Origin: an uncultured Candidatus Saccharibacteria bacterium
GTDB taxonomy: Bacteria > Patescibacteriota > Minisyncoccia > Minisyncoccales > CAYTKG01
Length of the DNA stretch: 38,200 nucleotides
Direction of reading: 5' to 3'
Assembly: GCA_964501525.1 (NCBI GenBank)
Contig: CAZCSI010000001.1
Coordinates: forward strand, 1-38,200
Shown here: positions 7,232 through 16,816 of the stretch, in pieces
Position numbering within the stretch: the stretch's first letter is position 1
How the letters are laid out: each line of letters opens with the position of its first letter
Made by a program: the position numbers and the translations under genes
The notes under the pieces: model-generated
Told to the model about the DNA's origin: nothing
What the model saw: the letters and a program-made list of their open reading frames with translations, nothing else
Database searches by the model: none

Positions 7232-8962
7232 CTAATTTTCTTTTTTAAAAAACCGAATAAGTTCGCGCAGAGGCAGGGTATTAATAATTTCTTCTTTCTC
7301 CACCCAGCCGCGGCGGGCCTGAGAAACCCCCAACTCCATAACCTTCAGGTGTCCCTTATGATGAGAGTCGGTATTGACTGCCATTCTGACGCCAGCTTTC
7401 TTGGTCATTCTTATTTTTTTGTCGAAAAGGTCGAGTCGAGCCGGAGAAGAGTTAATCTCTAAAGCTACCTTGTATTTTCGGGCCGCTTTTAATATCTTTC
7501 CAAAATCCATATTAAGCTCCTCTCTTCTTTTTAAAAGCCGGCCGGTGGGATGAGAAATGATATTGACATAGGGGTTCTCAATAGCTTTTACAATCCGCTC
7601 TGTCATCTCTTTTTTCCCCATCTTAAAATGAGAGTGGATGCCGGCGATAACATAATCCAGCCCGGACAGGGCATGTTCATCAATATCCATAAGTCCGTCT
7701 TTCAATATATTAACCTCTGCCCCCTGAAGAACCGTTATACCCCGCTTCCGTTCATTAATCTTGTTTATCTCTTTACGCTGGCGGGCCAGCTGCTTCTCGT
7801 CTAATCCGTTCTCAACTCGAAGGAACTTGGTGTGGTCACTGATACCGATGTATGAATAACCCAGCTCTTCAGCCGCCGAGACCATCTCCTCCAAGGAGTG
7901 CACTCCTCCATCCCAGTCCGTGTGGCAGTGCAGGTCTCCTCTTATGTTCTGCATCTTAATCAACCGGGGAAGCTTTCCCTCCAGAGCCGCCTCTATCTCG
8001 CCTTCGTTTTCTCTTAACTCAGGGGCAGGCCACTGCATACCCAGTTTTTTATAAATCCCTTTCTCGTTCCTGCCCGCCACCTTCTCTTGGTCCTTAAACA
8101 GGCCGTATTCATTAAGCTTCATACCCCTATCCTTGGCGATTTTCCGTGTTGCAATGTTGTGCTCTTTGGAGCCGGTGAAATACTGCAGGGCGGCCCCAAA
8201 ACTGCTCAGCTCAACAACACGCAGGTCGACGTTAACTCCGTTTTCCAGGCGAATGGAAGAGCGGGTCGAGCCCCGGCTCCAAACCTTAACCACCTCAGGC
8301 AGGTGTACAAAAAAATCCATCACCTTTTCCGCATCTTGTTTCTTTTCCACTCCGGCCAAGATGTCCATATCTCCGACGGCCTCCTTTCTTCTGCGCAAAG
8401 AACCGACCACCGACACCTCCTTGACCTCGTCCAAAGAACTTATTTTTCTTTTCATCTCCCCGGCATAAGGTAAAATCTCTCCTAAAAGAAAACGGCCCTG
8501 AGAGGCTTTTAAAAACTCTACTCCTTGTATAATATTTTGTTCTATTTTGGGGCCAAAACCTTTCAGGGGCGCTATTTTTCCTTCCCGGGCCGCTTTTTCC
8601 AGGTCATCCAAATTCGTAATCCCCAGCTCTCTGTACAAGGCTTTTGCTCTCCGGGGGCCCATGCCCTCCACCCGCACCAGCCGCTCTATATCCAAAGGCT
8701 GTTTCTCTTTTAACTCCTCATAATATTTAATCGCGCCCGTCTCAAGGTATTCCCGTATTTTTTGGGCAATAGCTTCGCCCACTGCTTTGATTTCTTTCAA
8801 CCCCTCCACCCCTTTTTCTTCATAAATGATTGAAACATCTTTCTCCAGGTCTTTTAAGATCCGGGCCGCCCTACGGTAGGCCTGAGGCTTAAAGTCAACT
8901 CCTTCCATCTCCAGCCGGTCCCCTATCTCAAAAAATATTTTAGCCAGCTCCGTGTTGTTCAT
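7232..8962 (-). CDS. polX: Family X DNA polymerase with C-terminal PHP domain (PolX)
   Basis: 576 aa. The N-terminus NNTELAKIFFEIGDRLEMEGVDFKPQAYRRAARIL contains HhH motifs. It also has the nucleotidyltransferase segment GSLRRRKEAVGDMDIL and the PHP motif GDLHCHTDWDGG...DHT. Confidence 0.9.
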   Translation of the reverse strand: MNNTELAKIFFEIGDRLEMEGVDFKPQAYRRAARILKDLEKDVSIIYEEKGVEGLKEIKAVGEAIAQKIREYLETGAIKYYEELKEKQPLDIERLVRVEGMGPRRAKALYRELGITNLDDLEKAAREGKIAPLKGFGPKIEQNIIQGVEFLKASQGRFLLGEILPYAGEMKRKISSLDEVKEVSVVGSLRRRKEAVGDMDILAGVEKKQDAEKVMDFFVHLPEVVKVWSRGSTRSSIRLENGVNVDLRVVELSSFGAALQYFTGSKEHNIATRKIAKDRGMKLNEYGLFKDQEKVAGRNEKGIYKKLGMQWPAPELRENEGEIEAALEGKLPRLIKMQNIRGDLHCHTDWDGGVHSLEEMVSAAEELGYSYIGISDHTKFLRVENGLDEKQLARQRKEINKINERKRGITVLQGAEVNILKDGLMDIDEHALSGLDYVIAGIHSHFKMGKKEMTERIVKAIENPYVNIISHPTGRLLKRREELNMDFGKILKAARKYKVALEINSSPARLDLFDKKIRMTKKAGVRMAVNTDSHHKGHLKVMELGVSQARRGWVEKEEIINTLPLRELIRFFKKEN

Positions 8963-9010
8963 AAGAGTCCAACCGTGTAGTTAGACATTGTCAATATATA
9001 ATGCATAAAA

Positions 9011-10027
9011 TTATGTCAAGCGGGATATTAGATGGTCCTTCAAGGCGTTAATGCCAATTTTAAAAAGAAAGATAAGCCCGGCGGTTGTTAATATCAAGTG
9101 AGCTCCTCTGAAAATAAAGGCATAAACTACACCCGTGCTTCTCTTCATGCCCAATGCTTCACACACAAAAGCGCTGGTAATGTCGTGACTACCCAGGTCA
9201 GCGGATATCGGGGTCTCCAAAGAAACAAGAACGGGTCCGAACAAGGCCCAGGAGGAGACAAAAGAAAGCTTGTACCCTAAAGAGGATATGATCAGATAGG
9301 TTAGGAAAAGAAGCGATAATCCGTGAAGCAGAGCAAAGAGGCTGATTTTAAAACAAGAGGAAGGATTTAATTTTTTGAAAAAAGAAATGGTTTCTTTCTT
9401 GATTTCCTTTACTCTGGTTTTTTCGTGAGAGAAAGAGTTGAAAAGAAAATTTAAAAACCCAAGTCTTTTAAAAAATGAAGGAAAAACTATAAAAAAGAGA
9501 AGGAGGAAAAGAATAAAAAGAGAGAACAAAATAGAGGTAAGATAAATGTGCTTGAGAGAGAGCCATAAAGTTCCGGCCTGCCTGAAAAACAAGAACAGTC
9601 CAACACTCCCGAAAAAGAGACTTACGATTATATTAAAGATACGGTCTACGAGCACTGAGGCAAGGCTGACGGAAAAACCAGCTCTGCCGCTTTTGTTTTC
9701 TTTTTTCCCAATTACCCGGGCCCGCAAAATATCTGCCCAAAAAACCCCAATAGGTATAAGGTAGCATATGCTAAAGGCGGCTGTTCGGGCCGGAAAAAGC
9801 TCAGAAACTGAAAATGAGAAGCCAAATGCTTTCAATATCTCCCTCCAGGTAAGGGTTGCGAGCAGCATGGATATAAAAACGAAAACGACAATGACTATCA
9901 TCTGCAAAGGTTGAACTCGGGCCAATTCTTCCTGAAGTTCCTCCCAGCTGACTGCATACTTAAAAAGACCGACAAGAAATATGACCCCCAGCAAAACAGA
10001 AAAAACAAATGTAATTAATTTTTTCAT
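9011..10027 (-). CDS. Polytopic membrane protein, UPF0104 / lysylphosphatidylglycerol-synthase-TM-like (flippase-like) family
   Basis: 338 aa with about 8 TM helices. The N-terminal architecture (TM, then WEEL..., TM, LTWREIL) is typical of UPF0104. The start overlaps the SEDS gene stop by 4 nt. Confidence 0.5.
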   Translation of the reverse strand: MKKLITFVFSVLLGVIFLVGLFKYAVSWEELQEELARVQPLQMIVIVVFVFISMLLATLTWREILKAFGFSFSVSELFPARTAAFSICYLIPIGVFWADILRARVIGKKENKSGRAGFSVSLASVLVDRIFNIIVSLFFGSVGLFLFFRQAGTLWLSLKHIYLTSILFSLFILFLLLFFIVFPSFFKRLGFLNFLFNSFSHEKTRVKEIKKETISFFKKLNPSSCFKISLFALLHGLSLLFLTYLIISSLGYKLSFVSSWALFGPVLVSLETPISADLGSHDITSAFVCEALGMKRSTGVVYAFIFRGAHLILTTAGLIFLFKIGINALKDHLISRLT

Positions 10028-11124
10028 TTTTCAGGATGGATTTTAAGACTCTCCAAGATGCCCAGCCCCAAAAAATAAGCCAGCATTGTACTGCCCCCAT
10101 AACTTACAAAAGGAAGAGAGAGGCCGACAACAGGAAGCAGACCCAGGTTCATTCCTACATGAATGAAGACCTGAAGCACAACAAGAACAGAAAACCCTAA
10201 GGCAAAAAGGCGAGGAAAATTTGTTTTTGATTCATAAGAAATTTTAACAATTCGAAGACATAAAATCAAAATAAGAGCAAGCATCACCCCCACACCCAAA
10301 AATCCAAACTCTTCTGCCCAGGCGGCAAAAATGAAATCGGTTTGGGGAAGAGGCAGAAACCCCATCTGAACCTGGCTTCCTTGACCAAACCCCTGGCCCA
10401 AAAGCCCGCCGTTGCCAATGGCAATTTTAGCTTGTCTCTGACTCCATCCCGCGCCTTGCAGCTCCCTGTCGGGAAACATAAAAGTCACAGCCCTCTCTTT
10501 TTGGTATGGTTTCAACAAAAACATCCACCCCACCAGGGCCAGCATTACAAAAACAAGACAAAGGAAAGTAAACTGTCTTAAACCAATACCGGCAGCAACC
10601 AAGATGCCGACCCAGATAACCACCAAAAGGAGAGCTGACCCTAAATCGGGCTGCAGAAAAACCAAGCCAAAAGGCACAAGAATATAAAGTCCGGAAATCA
10701 AAACATGCTTTATGTTGTAAAGCTCTACATGCCTCACAGAAAAATATTTAGCCAGCAGGGCAATAATTAAAATCTGACAAAAAGGCAGGGGGTCAAAAGA
10801 AAAAGGTCCTATTTTATACCAGCGTCTCGTACCCCGCACATAGGGCCCGAAAAACAAGAGACCGGCTAAACTAAGTACAGAAAGCAAGTAAAGAGCCACT
10901 AAAAAATGGGGTTGATCGCGCAGAGCTCTCCAGTCAAAATTACTAAGAATAAACATTAAAGCCAGACCGAGGCACAGAAAAAAAATCTGTTTTTTAAAAT
11001 TAGAGAAATTTTCTCTGAAAAGAGAAGAACTGTAAATGGAAATAAGCCCCATAGAACACAATGAGAGAGCGCAAACTATAACAACCCAATCCAGTTTTTT
11101 AAAGTTTTGAAATGTATTTTTCAT
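10024..11124 (-). CDS. SEDS-family peptidoglycan polymerase (FtsW/RodA/SpoVE)
   Basis: 366 aa and polytopic. It has QPDLGSALLL, QRQAKIAIGNGGLLGQGFGQG, LPLPQTDFIFAAWAEEFGF, and GLSLPFVSYGGS near the C-terminus. Confidence 0.9.
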   Translation of the reverse strand: MKNTFQNFKKLDWVVIVCALSLCSMGLISIYSSSLFRENFSNFKKQIFFLCLGLALMFILSNFDWRALRDQPHFLVALYLLSVLSLAGLLFFGPYVRGTRRWYKIGPFSFDPLPFCQILIIALLAKYFSVRHVELYNIKHVLISGLYILVPFGLVFLQPDLGSALLLVVIWVGILVAAGIGLRQFTFLCLVFVMLALVGWMFLLKPYQKERAVTFMFPDRELQGAGWSQRQAKIAIGNGGLLGQGFGQGSQVQMGFLPLPQTDFIFAAWAEEFGFLGVGVMLALILILCLRIVKISYESKTNFPRLFALGFSVLVVLQVFIHVGMNLGLLPVVGLSLPFVSYGGSTMLAYFLGLGILESLKIHPEK

Positions 11125-11198
11125 TTGTTAACGCAACTCTTCAAGGCGGCCCCGCGTTGAACCAATCTCATATTATATTATTACAGGTTTATCATCTC

Positions 11199-11316
11199 AA
11201 GAAATGCTTCAAATCTATCATTCGAAGAAATGCTTCAAATCTATCATTCTAAGAAATTCTTCAAATCTACCATTCGAAGAAATGCTTCAAATCTATCATT
11301 CTAAGAAATTCTTCTT
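11199..11316. repeat. Tandem 26-bp repeat, about 4.5 copies, overlapping the ligA 3' end
   Basis: Units are at 11199-11224, 11225-11250, 11251-11276, 11277-11302 and a partial 11303-11314. The consensus is AAGAAAT[G/T]CTTCAAATCTA[T/C]CATTC[G/T]. Units 2 and 4 are identical, and two subtypes alternate in units 2-5 (52-bp higher-order period). Confidence 0.9.
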
Positions 11317-13318
11317 CCGAGAGTACTTTAACCCCTATCTTTTTCGCTTCTTTAAGCTTGCTTCCCGGAGAATCGCCTGCTACTACATATTCTGTTTTTC
11401 GAGATACGCTCCCCGTTGTTTTTCCACCCAGGTCCCTGATCCTTTTTTTCGCTTCCTGCCTTGTCATTGATTTCAGCTGACCCGTAAGCACAAAAGTTGT
11501 TCCTTTAAGCCTCTGATTTTTATCTGCCGTTTCTTGTTTTTCTATCTCTACCCCCGCTTCTTGCAGCTCCTTTAAAAACTCTTGATTTTTATCTTTTTGG
11601 AACCAGGTATGAATTGATTCGGCCACCTTGGGACCAATATCAGGCACCTCTTCCAGCTCATCTCGAGAAGCTTTTTTAAGAAGAGAAAGGGTTTGAAACT
11701 CCTGAGCCAGGCTATAAGCGGTCTCGCTGCCTACATTCGGTATGCCTAAAGCGTATAAAAAACGGGGCAAGGTAATTTTTCTGCTGGAATCTATGGCTTG
11801 TATAAGTTTTTCCGAGGCCTTATAACTGAAGTTTTCTAAGGGCAAAAGGTCTCCTTTTTCAAGCTTAAAAAGATCTGCCGGGGTTTGAACCAACCCCTTA
11901 TCTAAAAGCTTGTCAATGGTTTGAGGGCCCAGCCCTTCAATATCAAAAGCGGACCGGGAAACAAAGTGATAAAAGTTCTTTCTTTCCCGAGCCGGACAGT
12001 TTGTGTTAACGCATTTTGTTATAACCCCTGAGTTCTCTTTTTCCACTTCGGACCCGCAAACGGGACACTGTTGAGGCATATGAAACTCCTTTTCGCCGCC
12101 TGTCCTCATCTCAGGCAGAACCTTAATCACACGAGGAATTACATCTCCCGCCCTTCCTACTATTACGCTGTCACCAACCTTAACGCCTAGACGTTCTATC
12201 TCCTCTTCATTGTGAAGGGTGGCCCGGCTGATCCGCACTCCGCCGACCTCAACCGGTTTTAGAACAGCTACCGGGGTTAAAACGCCGGTCCGGCCAACCT
12301 GAACCTTGATTTCTTTTATTGTGGTAACCGCATGTTTAAGAGGGAACTTGAAGGCAATAGCCCCCCGCGGACCCTTGCCTGCTGCGCCCAACTTATTAAA
12401 GATATCATTTTGGTTGACGCTGACAACAACGCCGTCTATCTCATAACCAAGAGCTTCTCTTTTCCGGCGGACATTCTCAAAAAAAGTAAAAACCTGACCA
12501 AGGCGGTCGCAGACACGTTGTTCCGGGCTGACTTTAAAGCCAAGCATCTTCAATATCTGGTGGCCCTCTTTGTGTGTTTTCTGCCCCACATCAACCGAAA
12601 GGTCATAAGCAAAAAAATCAAGATTGCGAGCAGCCGCCATCCGGGGGTCAAGCTGCCTTATGGATCCGGCAGCAAGATTGCGCGGATTGGCATAGGGCTC
12701 TAACTTCTCTTTTTCTCTCTGTCTGTTTATCTTTTCAAAATCATCTTTTTTTATCAAAACCTCCCCCCTTATTACAGTCCGTTCCGGAAGAAAATATTTT
12801 TCTTTTACTTTCTGCACTGCGTTCTGCGTCAATCTGAGAGGCACGGCTTCTATGGTCCTAATATTGTGAGTAACATCTTCTCCAACCTCTCCGTCTCCCC
12901 GTGTAGCGCCTATTTTTAAAATTTGATTTTCATAAACAAGCTCCAAGGCCACCCCGTCGAACTTAGACTCACAGAAATATTCAATGCTTTCCGCTTCTTG
13001 AGAAGAAAGCAGCTTTTTGTTTCTTTTCTCCCAATCCTTCATATCCTGCTTGGAAAAAGCATCGGTTAAAGAAAGCATGGGTTTGGGGTGTTCAAACTTT
13101 TGAAAACTCTCAACCGGTTCACCCCCTACCCTCTGGGTCGGAGAATCAGGAGTTATAAGCTCCGGAAACTTATTTTCCAGCTGCTGCAGCTCTTTTTTCA
13201 GCGACTCCAAGGCGTCAGAAGAAATCTCCTGCTTATCCAAAACATGATAAAAATAACGGTGACGCCTGATCACCTTTTTCAGCTTTCCTATTCTTTTTTC
13301 AGCCTCTTCCCTGTTCAT
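11267..13318 (-). CDS. ligA: NAD-dependent DNA ligase
   Basis: 683 aa. It has the adenylation motif CESKFDGVA (KxDG), the Zn finger CPVCGSEVEKENSGVITKCVNTNCPA, HhH repeats and a C-terminal BRCT (FVLTGQL...GGK...SVSRKTEYVVAG). Confidence 0.95.
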   Translation of the reverse strand: MNREEAEKRIGKLKKVIRRHRYFYHVLDKQEISSDALESLKKELQQLENKFPELITPDSPTQRVGGEPVESFQKFEHPKPMLSLTDAFSKQDMKDWEKRNKKLLSSQEAESIEYFCESKFDGVALELVYENQILKIGATRGDGEVGEDVTHNIRTIEAVPLRLTQNAVQKVKEKYFLPERTVIRGEVLIKKDDFEKINRQREKEKLEPYANPRNLAAGSIRQLDPRMAAARNLDFFAYDLSVDVGQKTHKEGHQILKMLGFKVSPEQRVCDRLGQVFTFFENVRRKREALGYEIDGVVVSVNQNDIFNKLGAAGKGPRGAIAFKFPLKHAVTTIKEIKVQVGRTGVLTPVAVLKPVEVGGVRISRATLHNEEEIERLGVKVGDSVIVGRAGDVIPRVIKVLPEMRTGGEKEFHMPQQCPVCGSEVEKENSGVITKCVNTNCPARERKNFYHFVSRSAFDIEGLGPQTIDKLLDKGLVQTPADLFKLEKGDLLPLENFSYKASEKLIQAIDSSRKITLPRFLYALGIPNVGSETAYSLAQEFQTLSLLKKASRDELEEVPDIGPKVAESIHTWFQKDKNQEFLKELQEAGVEIEKQETADKNQRLKGTTFVLTGQLKSMTRQEAKKRIRDLGGKTTGSVSRKTEYVVAGDSPGSKLKEAKKIGVKVLSEEEFLRMIDLKHFFEW

Positions 13319-13333
13319 ACCGTTTTTGGTGAA

Positions 13334-13747
13334 TCAGTACTTCACTCTGACGGCGCGCTGGGTGCCGTCATAGTTCCCTTGAGAAACAATACAAAAACGG
13401 CGGGCATCACACTCCAAGTCGGGATCACAGCTGGGGCAAGTCAATGAGCAGTCATAATCAGGGTTGCACACGGTTTCGACTTCATAAGTGGCGCTGATAT
13501 CAGCCCAGGAAGAAAACCCGCCGTTTTCCAGCTTACCTTGAGCCTGGGGATGATTTATCTGGTAAAGAAGCTCTTCAGCGCCGGCATTGGCCGCATAAAA
13601 AGCTGCCACAGCTCTTCCAGCCCGGGAAACAGCCCGGAACCTTGATAAAATCAAAGAGTTAAGGGCCAAAGAAATACCCAAAACAAGAACGATTATCATA
13701 AAAATCAAATACGTAGAAACTCCTTTTTGCTGTTTTGTATCAGGCAT
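13334..13747 (-). CDS. PilX-N-like minor pilin / pilus assembly protein
   Basis: 137 aa. An N-terminal TM is followed by RAVAAFYAANAGAEELLY, which resembles the PilX N-terminal motif (AFYAAEAGLE). The C-terminus is Cys-rich: CNPDYDCSLTCPSCDPDLECDARRFC. Confidence 0.5.
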   Translation of the reverse strand: MPDTKQQKGVSTYLIFMIIVLVLGISLALNSLILSRFRAVSRAGRAVAAFYAANAGAEELLYQINHPQAQGKLENGGFSSWADISATYEVETVCNPDYDCSLTCPSCDPDLECDARRFCIVSQGNYDGTQRAVRVKY

Positions 13748-13775
13748 CTGAATTCTTGTCTTTTATTACTTTGTG

Positions 13776-14333
13776 TTAAAAATCTAACTTTCTGCTGACA
13801 ACAGTGGTTTGTAAACGAAGGGGATTTGAAAGCCCTGGAGAGCTCACTTGAAGCAGAACGGTAATCCGAGGCTGTGTGCCGTCTCCAGCAGTAGCACCAG
13901 AGGCCTTGAACTCCAGAACATCAATAGTGGTGTCGGGCGAACTCATACGGCGTGTATCACCGTTCCGGTCAACATAATACAAAATTCCGTTCTGCAAGAA
14001 AAACTCCTGGCAGGTGTCTTCTTGGAGACGGTTGATAAAAGAAAGAGAGCTGTCTCCTATATCATAAACCCTGCCGCTAAAACCGCAGGTTCCGTCGTCA
14101 GGTACAGCCATTCTTAAGGCCCGGCTCATATACTCCACATTAAAATTAATTTCTGAGGCAATACTCTGGCGAACCAATAAACTGTTCTGAGTGCGGATCG
14201 TATAGGCTAAAATTCCGGAACCCGTACCCACAACCAGAATAAAAATCCCCATTCCGACCATCAACTCAATCAGAGTGAACCCCTCCGATTTCTGGAGAAA
14301 AAACTGATTCGTTTTTTTAAAGCTTTTACTCAT
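13776..14333 (-). CDS. Minor pseudopilin (prepilin-type N-terminal methylation domain)
   Basis: 185 aa. The sequence ...QKSEG|FTLIELMVGMGIFILVV carries the class III signal-peptide signature. Confidence 0.75.
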   Translation of the reverse strand: MSKSFKKTNQFFLQKSEGFTLIELMVGMGIFILVVGTGSGILAYTIRTQNSLLVRQSIASEINFNVEYMSRALRMAVPDDGTCGFSGRVYDIGDSSLSFINRLQEDTCQEFFLQNGILYYVDRNGDTRRMSSPDTTIDVLEFKASGATAGDGTQPRITVLLQVSSPGLSNPLRLQTTVVSRKLDF

Positions 14334-14342
14334 ATCTCAGAC

Positions 14343-14957
14343 CTATATTTCAAACCAATTAAAAAGTTTGTCGCAGGCTTTCACTTTGTAACTGTCCGTC
14401 TTTGGGCCCCACTGGGTTACCACGCAGGTCTCGATATATTCTTCGTTGTGTTTTCTGACACCGATTATTCTTTCAAAGTCAGTTGTCCTCTGAGGAGAGG
14501 CAGGATAACCGAAAAAACCATCAGAGTCCACTTCTAAGTTCTGCCCGTTGGCAGAATATAAGCGGACGGATTCGTAATCGGCTTCGCACATATCACACTG
14601 ACAAGTTCTGCCAAAAGGACAGCTGTAATCGGACTCACAGCAAAAAATACCTGCAGTCCACTCGTCGTTGTTAATCCAATTGGTGTCTCTTATGCCTCTT
14701 ACAACCTCAATCCCCTCTTGAGTTAAATAAGCAGCGGTCATTTTGGAAGAAAGGTAACGGCCGTATATAAAAAGGCGGGAAACAAGGACATAAATGCCGG
14801 TTACGGCTATGGTCAAGATAAAGATTCCAACTACGAGCTCCAGAATCGTAAAGCCCATTAACTTCCGTTTGCAGTCAGCTAGAGCGCCGGCGCGACTTTT
14901 ATCCTGACCCCGGCTGCCTGACAAAATATTTTCTTTTGCTTGTTGCCTATTCCACAT
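14343..14957 (-). CDS. Minor pseudopilin with a long leader
   Basis: 204 aa. The degenerate motif ...KRKLMG|FTILELVVGIFILTIAV is present and the globular part is Cys-rich. The start is uncertain, and the ORF overlaps the upstream ORF by 11 nt. Confidence 0.6.
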   Translation of the reverse strand: MWNRQQAKENILSGSRGQDKSRAGALADCKRKLMGFTILELVVGIFILTIAVTGIYVLVSRLFIYGRYLSSKMTAAYLTQEGIEVVRGIRDTNWINNDEWTAGIFCCESDYSCPFGRTCQCDMCEADYESVRLYSANGQNLEVDSDGFFGYPASPQRTTDFERIIGVRKHNEEYIETCVVTQWGPKTDSYKVKACDKLFNWFEI

Positions 14958-15501
14958 AAATCAGCCCGGCTGTGTTAATATAAATATTTTTTTCAAGAGA
15001 GAAGTCTTCTGTCGTCATGGTGATAACAACATTATCGTCTGCCCACCCTTGACAAAAAATATCTGTTTCCGGAGCAGGCGGAGAAAAGTTGATATGTATA
15101 GGACTGCACCCTCCTGGCGGGCCGCCGGCCCTGTCTATATTCGCAACACTCACATCCTCTTCAAAATAAACAATCCTTATAATCTCGTCAGGGTGTGGAT
15201 TGTACATTCGATTATCATTCATATCTGCATAAACAACATAATGGTCAGCGTCTCTTTCAATGTATACCCCGTATCCGTTCGGAAAGGTTCCCCCCACTTC
15301 TTTTCCGGACAAGGTCATCTCCTGAGTCTCTCTTATGCTTTCCGATAAACCGTAAGCGTTTTGGACCAGGTGGAGCCTCTTTTGAAGCGTCCTGTAGCGG
15401 GGCAAAGTTAAGCCCGCCATCACCACTACGATGGATATGGAAACCAGCACCTCAATCAAGGTAAATCCGTTCGAAAACCTGGGTTTAAATCTTAATCTCA
15501 T
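14947..15501 (-). CDS. Minor pseudopilin (GspH/FimT-like)
   Basis: 184 aa, with MRLRFKPRFSNG|FTLIEVLVSISIVVVMAGLTLPRY. Confidence 0.7.
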   Translation of the reverse strand: MRLRFKPRFSNGFTLIEVLVSISIVVVMAGLTLPRYRTLQKRLHLVQNAYGLSESIRETQEMTLSGKEVGGTFPNGYGVYIERDADHYVVYADMNDNRMYNPHPDEIIRIVYFEEDVSVANIDRAGGPPGGCSPIHINFSPPAPETDIFCQGWADDNVVITMTTEDFSLEKNIYINTAGLIYVE

Positions 15502-15513
15502 TGGGTAATTATA

Positions 15514-16332
15514 TCATATCCCTGTTAAAATATCGAAATAGGCCTTAACAATGAAATCTCCGTACAAAAGGGCGATAAAAAAGCCCGCTGCCAGGAAAGG
15601 GCCGAAAGGAATTTCGCTTTTCCATCCTTTTCTGCTCCAAAAGACCAGACCCGAACCTATAATCGAACCGATAAAACTGGCTAAAAAAACAGCTATTACT
15701 ATTTTCGGAAAACCGAGCGCCAGCCCCATTAGAAAAACAAGTTTCACGTCTCCAAACCCCAGCCACCTGCCCCGAGACAAAAGATAAATGGCAAGAAAAA
15801 CCCCGCCGGCTCCAATACCGGCCAGAAAGGGATTAAAAAACCCGCAACTCGAAACCTCTACACCGCACCTGGCTCCCTTAAAAATCCTGTAAACAATGGT
15901 CAACGCCAGACCGGGATAGACAACTCTGTCCGGGATAATATAGTGTTTCAGGTCATAAACAAAAATAATTATCAAAAGACTGGAGATAATTACTAAAAAT
16001 AGCAGCTCCACTGCACCTTGAAAACTGAAAATCGAGGGTTCGTAAGGTATTGACACCTGATGATTGAATATCAAAAGAAAAAGTCCCCCTGTTGCCAGCT
16101 CGACCAAGGGGTACTGATAAGATATCTTTTCTCCGCAGTACCGACACCTTGCTTTAAGCAGTATAAAACTTAAAACAGGTATCAGGTCCAAAAACCCGAG
16201 GCTGTGTCCGCATCGAGGACAGCATGAACGGTCTTTAACAACCCCCTCCCCTGTTTTCAAACGGTAAATGACGGCATTAAGAAAAGACCCTACACACAAC
16301 CCTATTAAAAATATAAGGATATGAAGCTGCAT
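15514..16332 (-). CDS. pilD: Prepilin peptidase / N-methyltransferase (A24 family)
   Basis: 272 aa. It has GSFLNAVIYRL, the Zn motifs CPRCGH...CRYCGEKISYQYPLVE, and the catalytic regions IPDRVVYP and GFGDVKL. Confidence 0.9.
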   Translation of the reverse strand: MQLHILIFLIGLCVGSFLNAVIYRLKTGEGVVKDRSCCPRCGHSLGFLDLIPVLSFILLKARCRYCGEKISYQYPLVELATGGLFLLIFNHQVSIPYEPSIFSFQGAVELLFLVIISSLLIIIFVYDLKHYIIPDRVVYPGLALTIVYRIFKGARCGVEVSSCGFFNPFLAGIGAGGVFLAIYLLSRGRWLGFGDVKLVFLMGLALGFPKIVIAVFLASFIGSIIGSGLVFWSRKGWKSEIPFGPFLAAGFFIALLYGDFIVKAYFDILTGI

Positions 16333-16355
16333 TTTTTGTTTGTTCTATTCTAACA

Positions 16356-16385
16356 CAACCCCCCCTTTTTTCGAGGGGGGGGTTG
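16356..16385 (-). terminator. G/C homopolymer hairpin between the major pilin gene and pilD (terminator or attenuator candidate)
   Basis: CAACCCCCCC (16356-16365) and GGGGGGGTTG (16376-16385) form a 10-bp perfect stem with a 10-nt loop. It lies 21 nt after the pilin stop. Only a weak U-tract follows on the minus strand (TTGTGTT). Confidence 0.45.
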
Positions 16386-16405
16386 ACCTCCTATTGCTCT
16401 CTTTT

Positions 16406-16816
16406 TTACTCGCATTCAAGATTAGTGTCAGTACAAGCCGTAGTTTCTAGTTGAACTGCCCTGCCTGTGCTGTCGATACAGTAAAAGTCACCAGAGTTAA
16501 GTTCGGCGTAAGCACAATAGTCTTCACCGGTGTTTATTGTAACTCCTGTAGTTGTAACTCCGGAACCCTGCTGAGCCGTGATGTCGGCGATAAGAGTAGC
16601 TACATCGTCATCAGAACTGCTAAAGCCATCGTAGCTTCCCTCCGAGTAAAGCAGCTCCGCAAGGCTTCTCATCTGGCTCATCTCAGCTATAATACGAGAA
16701 TCCTTAGCCTGGTTGCGGGCCCCTCTAAGAGCAACCAAGACGATTGAAGACAAAATACCGATGATGGCGATAACCACCAAAAGCTCGATCAGGGTAAAAC
16801 CTCTTTTCCTGTTCAT
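16406..16816 (-). CDS. pilA: Type IV pilin (major pilin candidate 1)
   Basis: 136 aa. MNRKRG|FTLIELLVVIAIIGILSSIVLVAL is a short leader plus the canonical N-terminal helix. There are 4 Cys in the C-terminal third. Confidence 0.85.
   Translation of the reverse strand: MNRKRGFTLIELLVVIAIIGILSSIVLVALRGARNQAKDSRIIAEMSQMRSLAELLYSEGSYDGFSSSDDDVATLIADITAQQGSGVTTTGVTINTGEDYCAYAELNSGDFYCIDSTGRAVQLETTACTDTNLECE

Noticed and set aside
11199-11316. The tandem arrays here and at 22932-23003 as possible mini-CRISPR arrays
   Set aside because: The units are directly adjacent with no spacers, the periods are 26 and 24 bp, there are no cas genes, and one array is partly coding. These are simple tandem repeats, not CRISPR.
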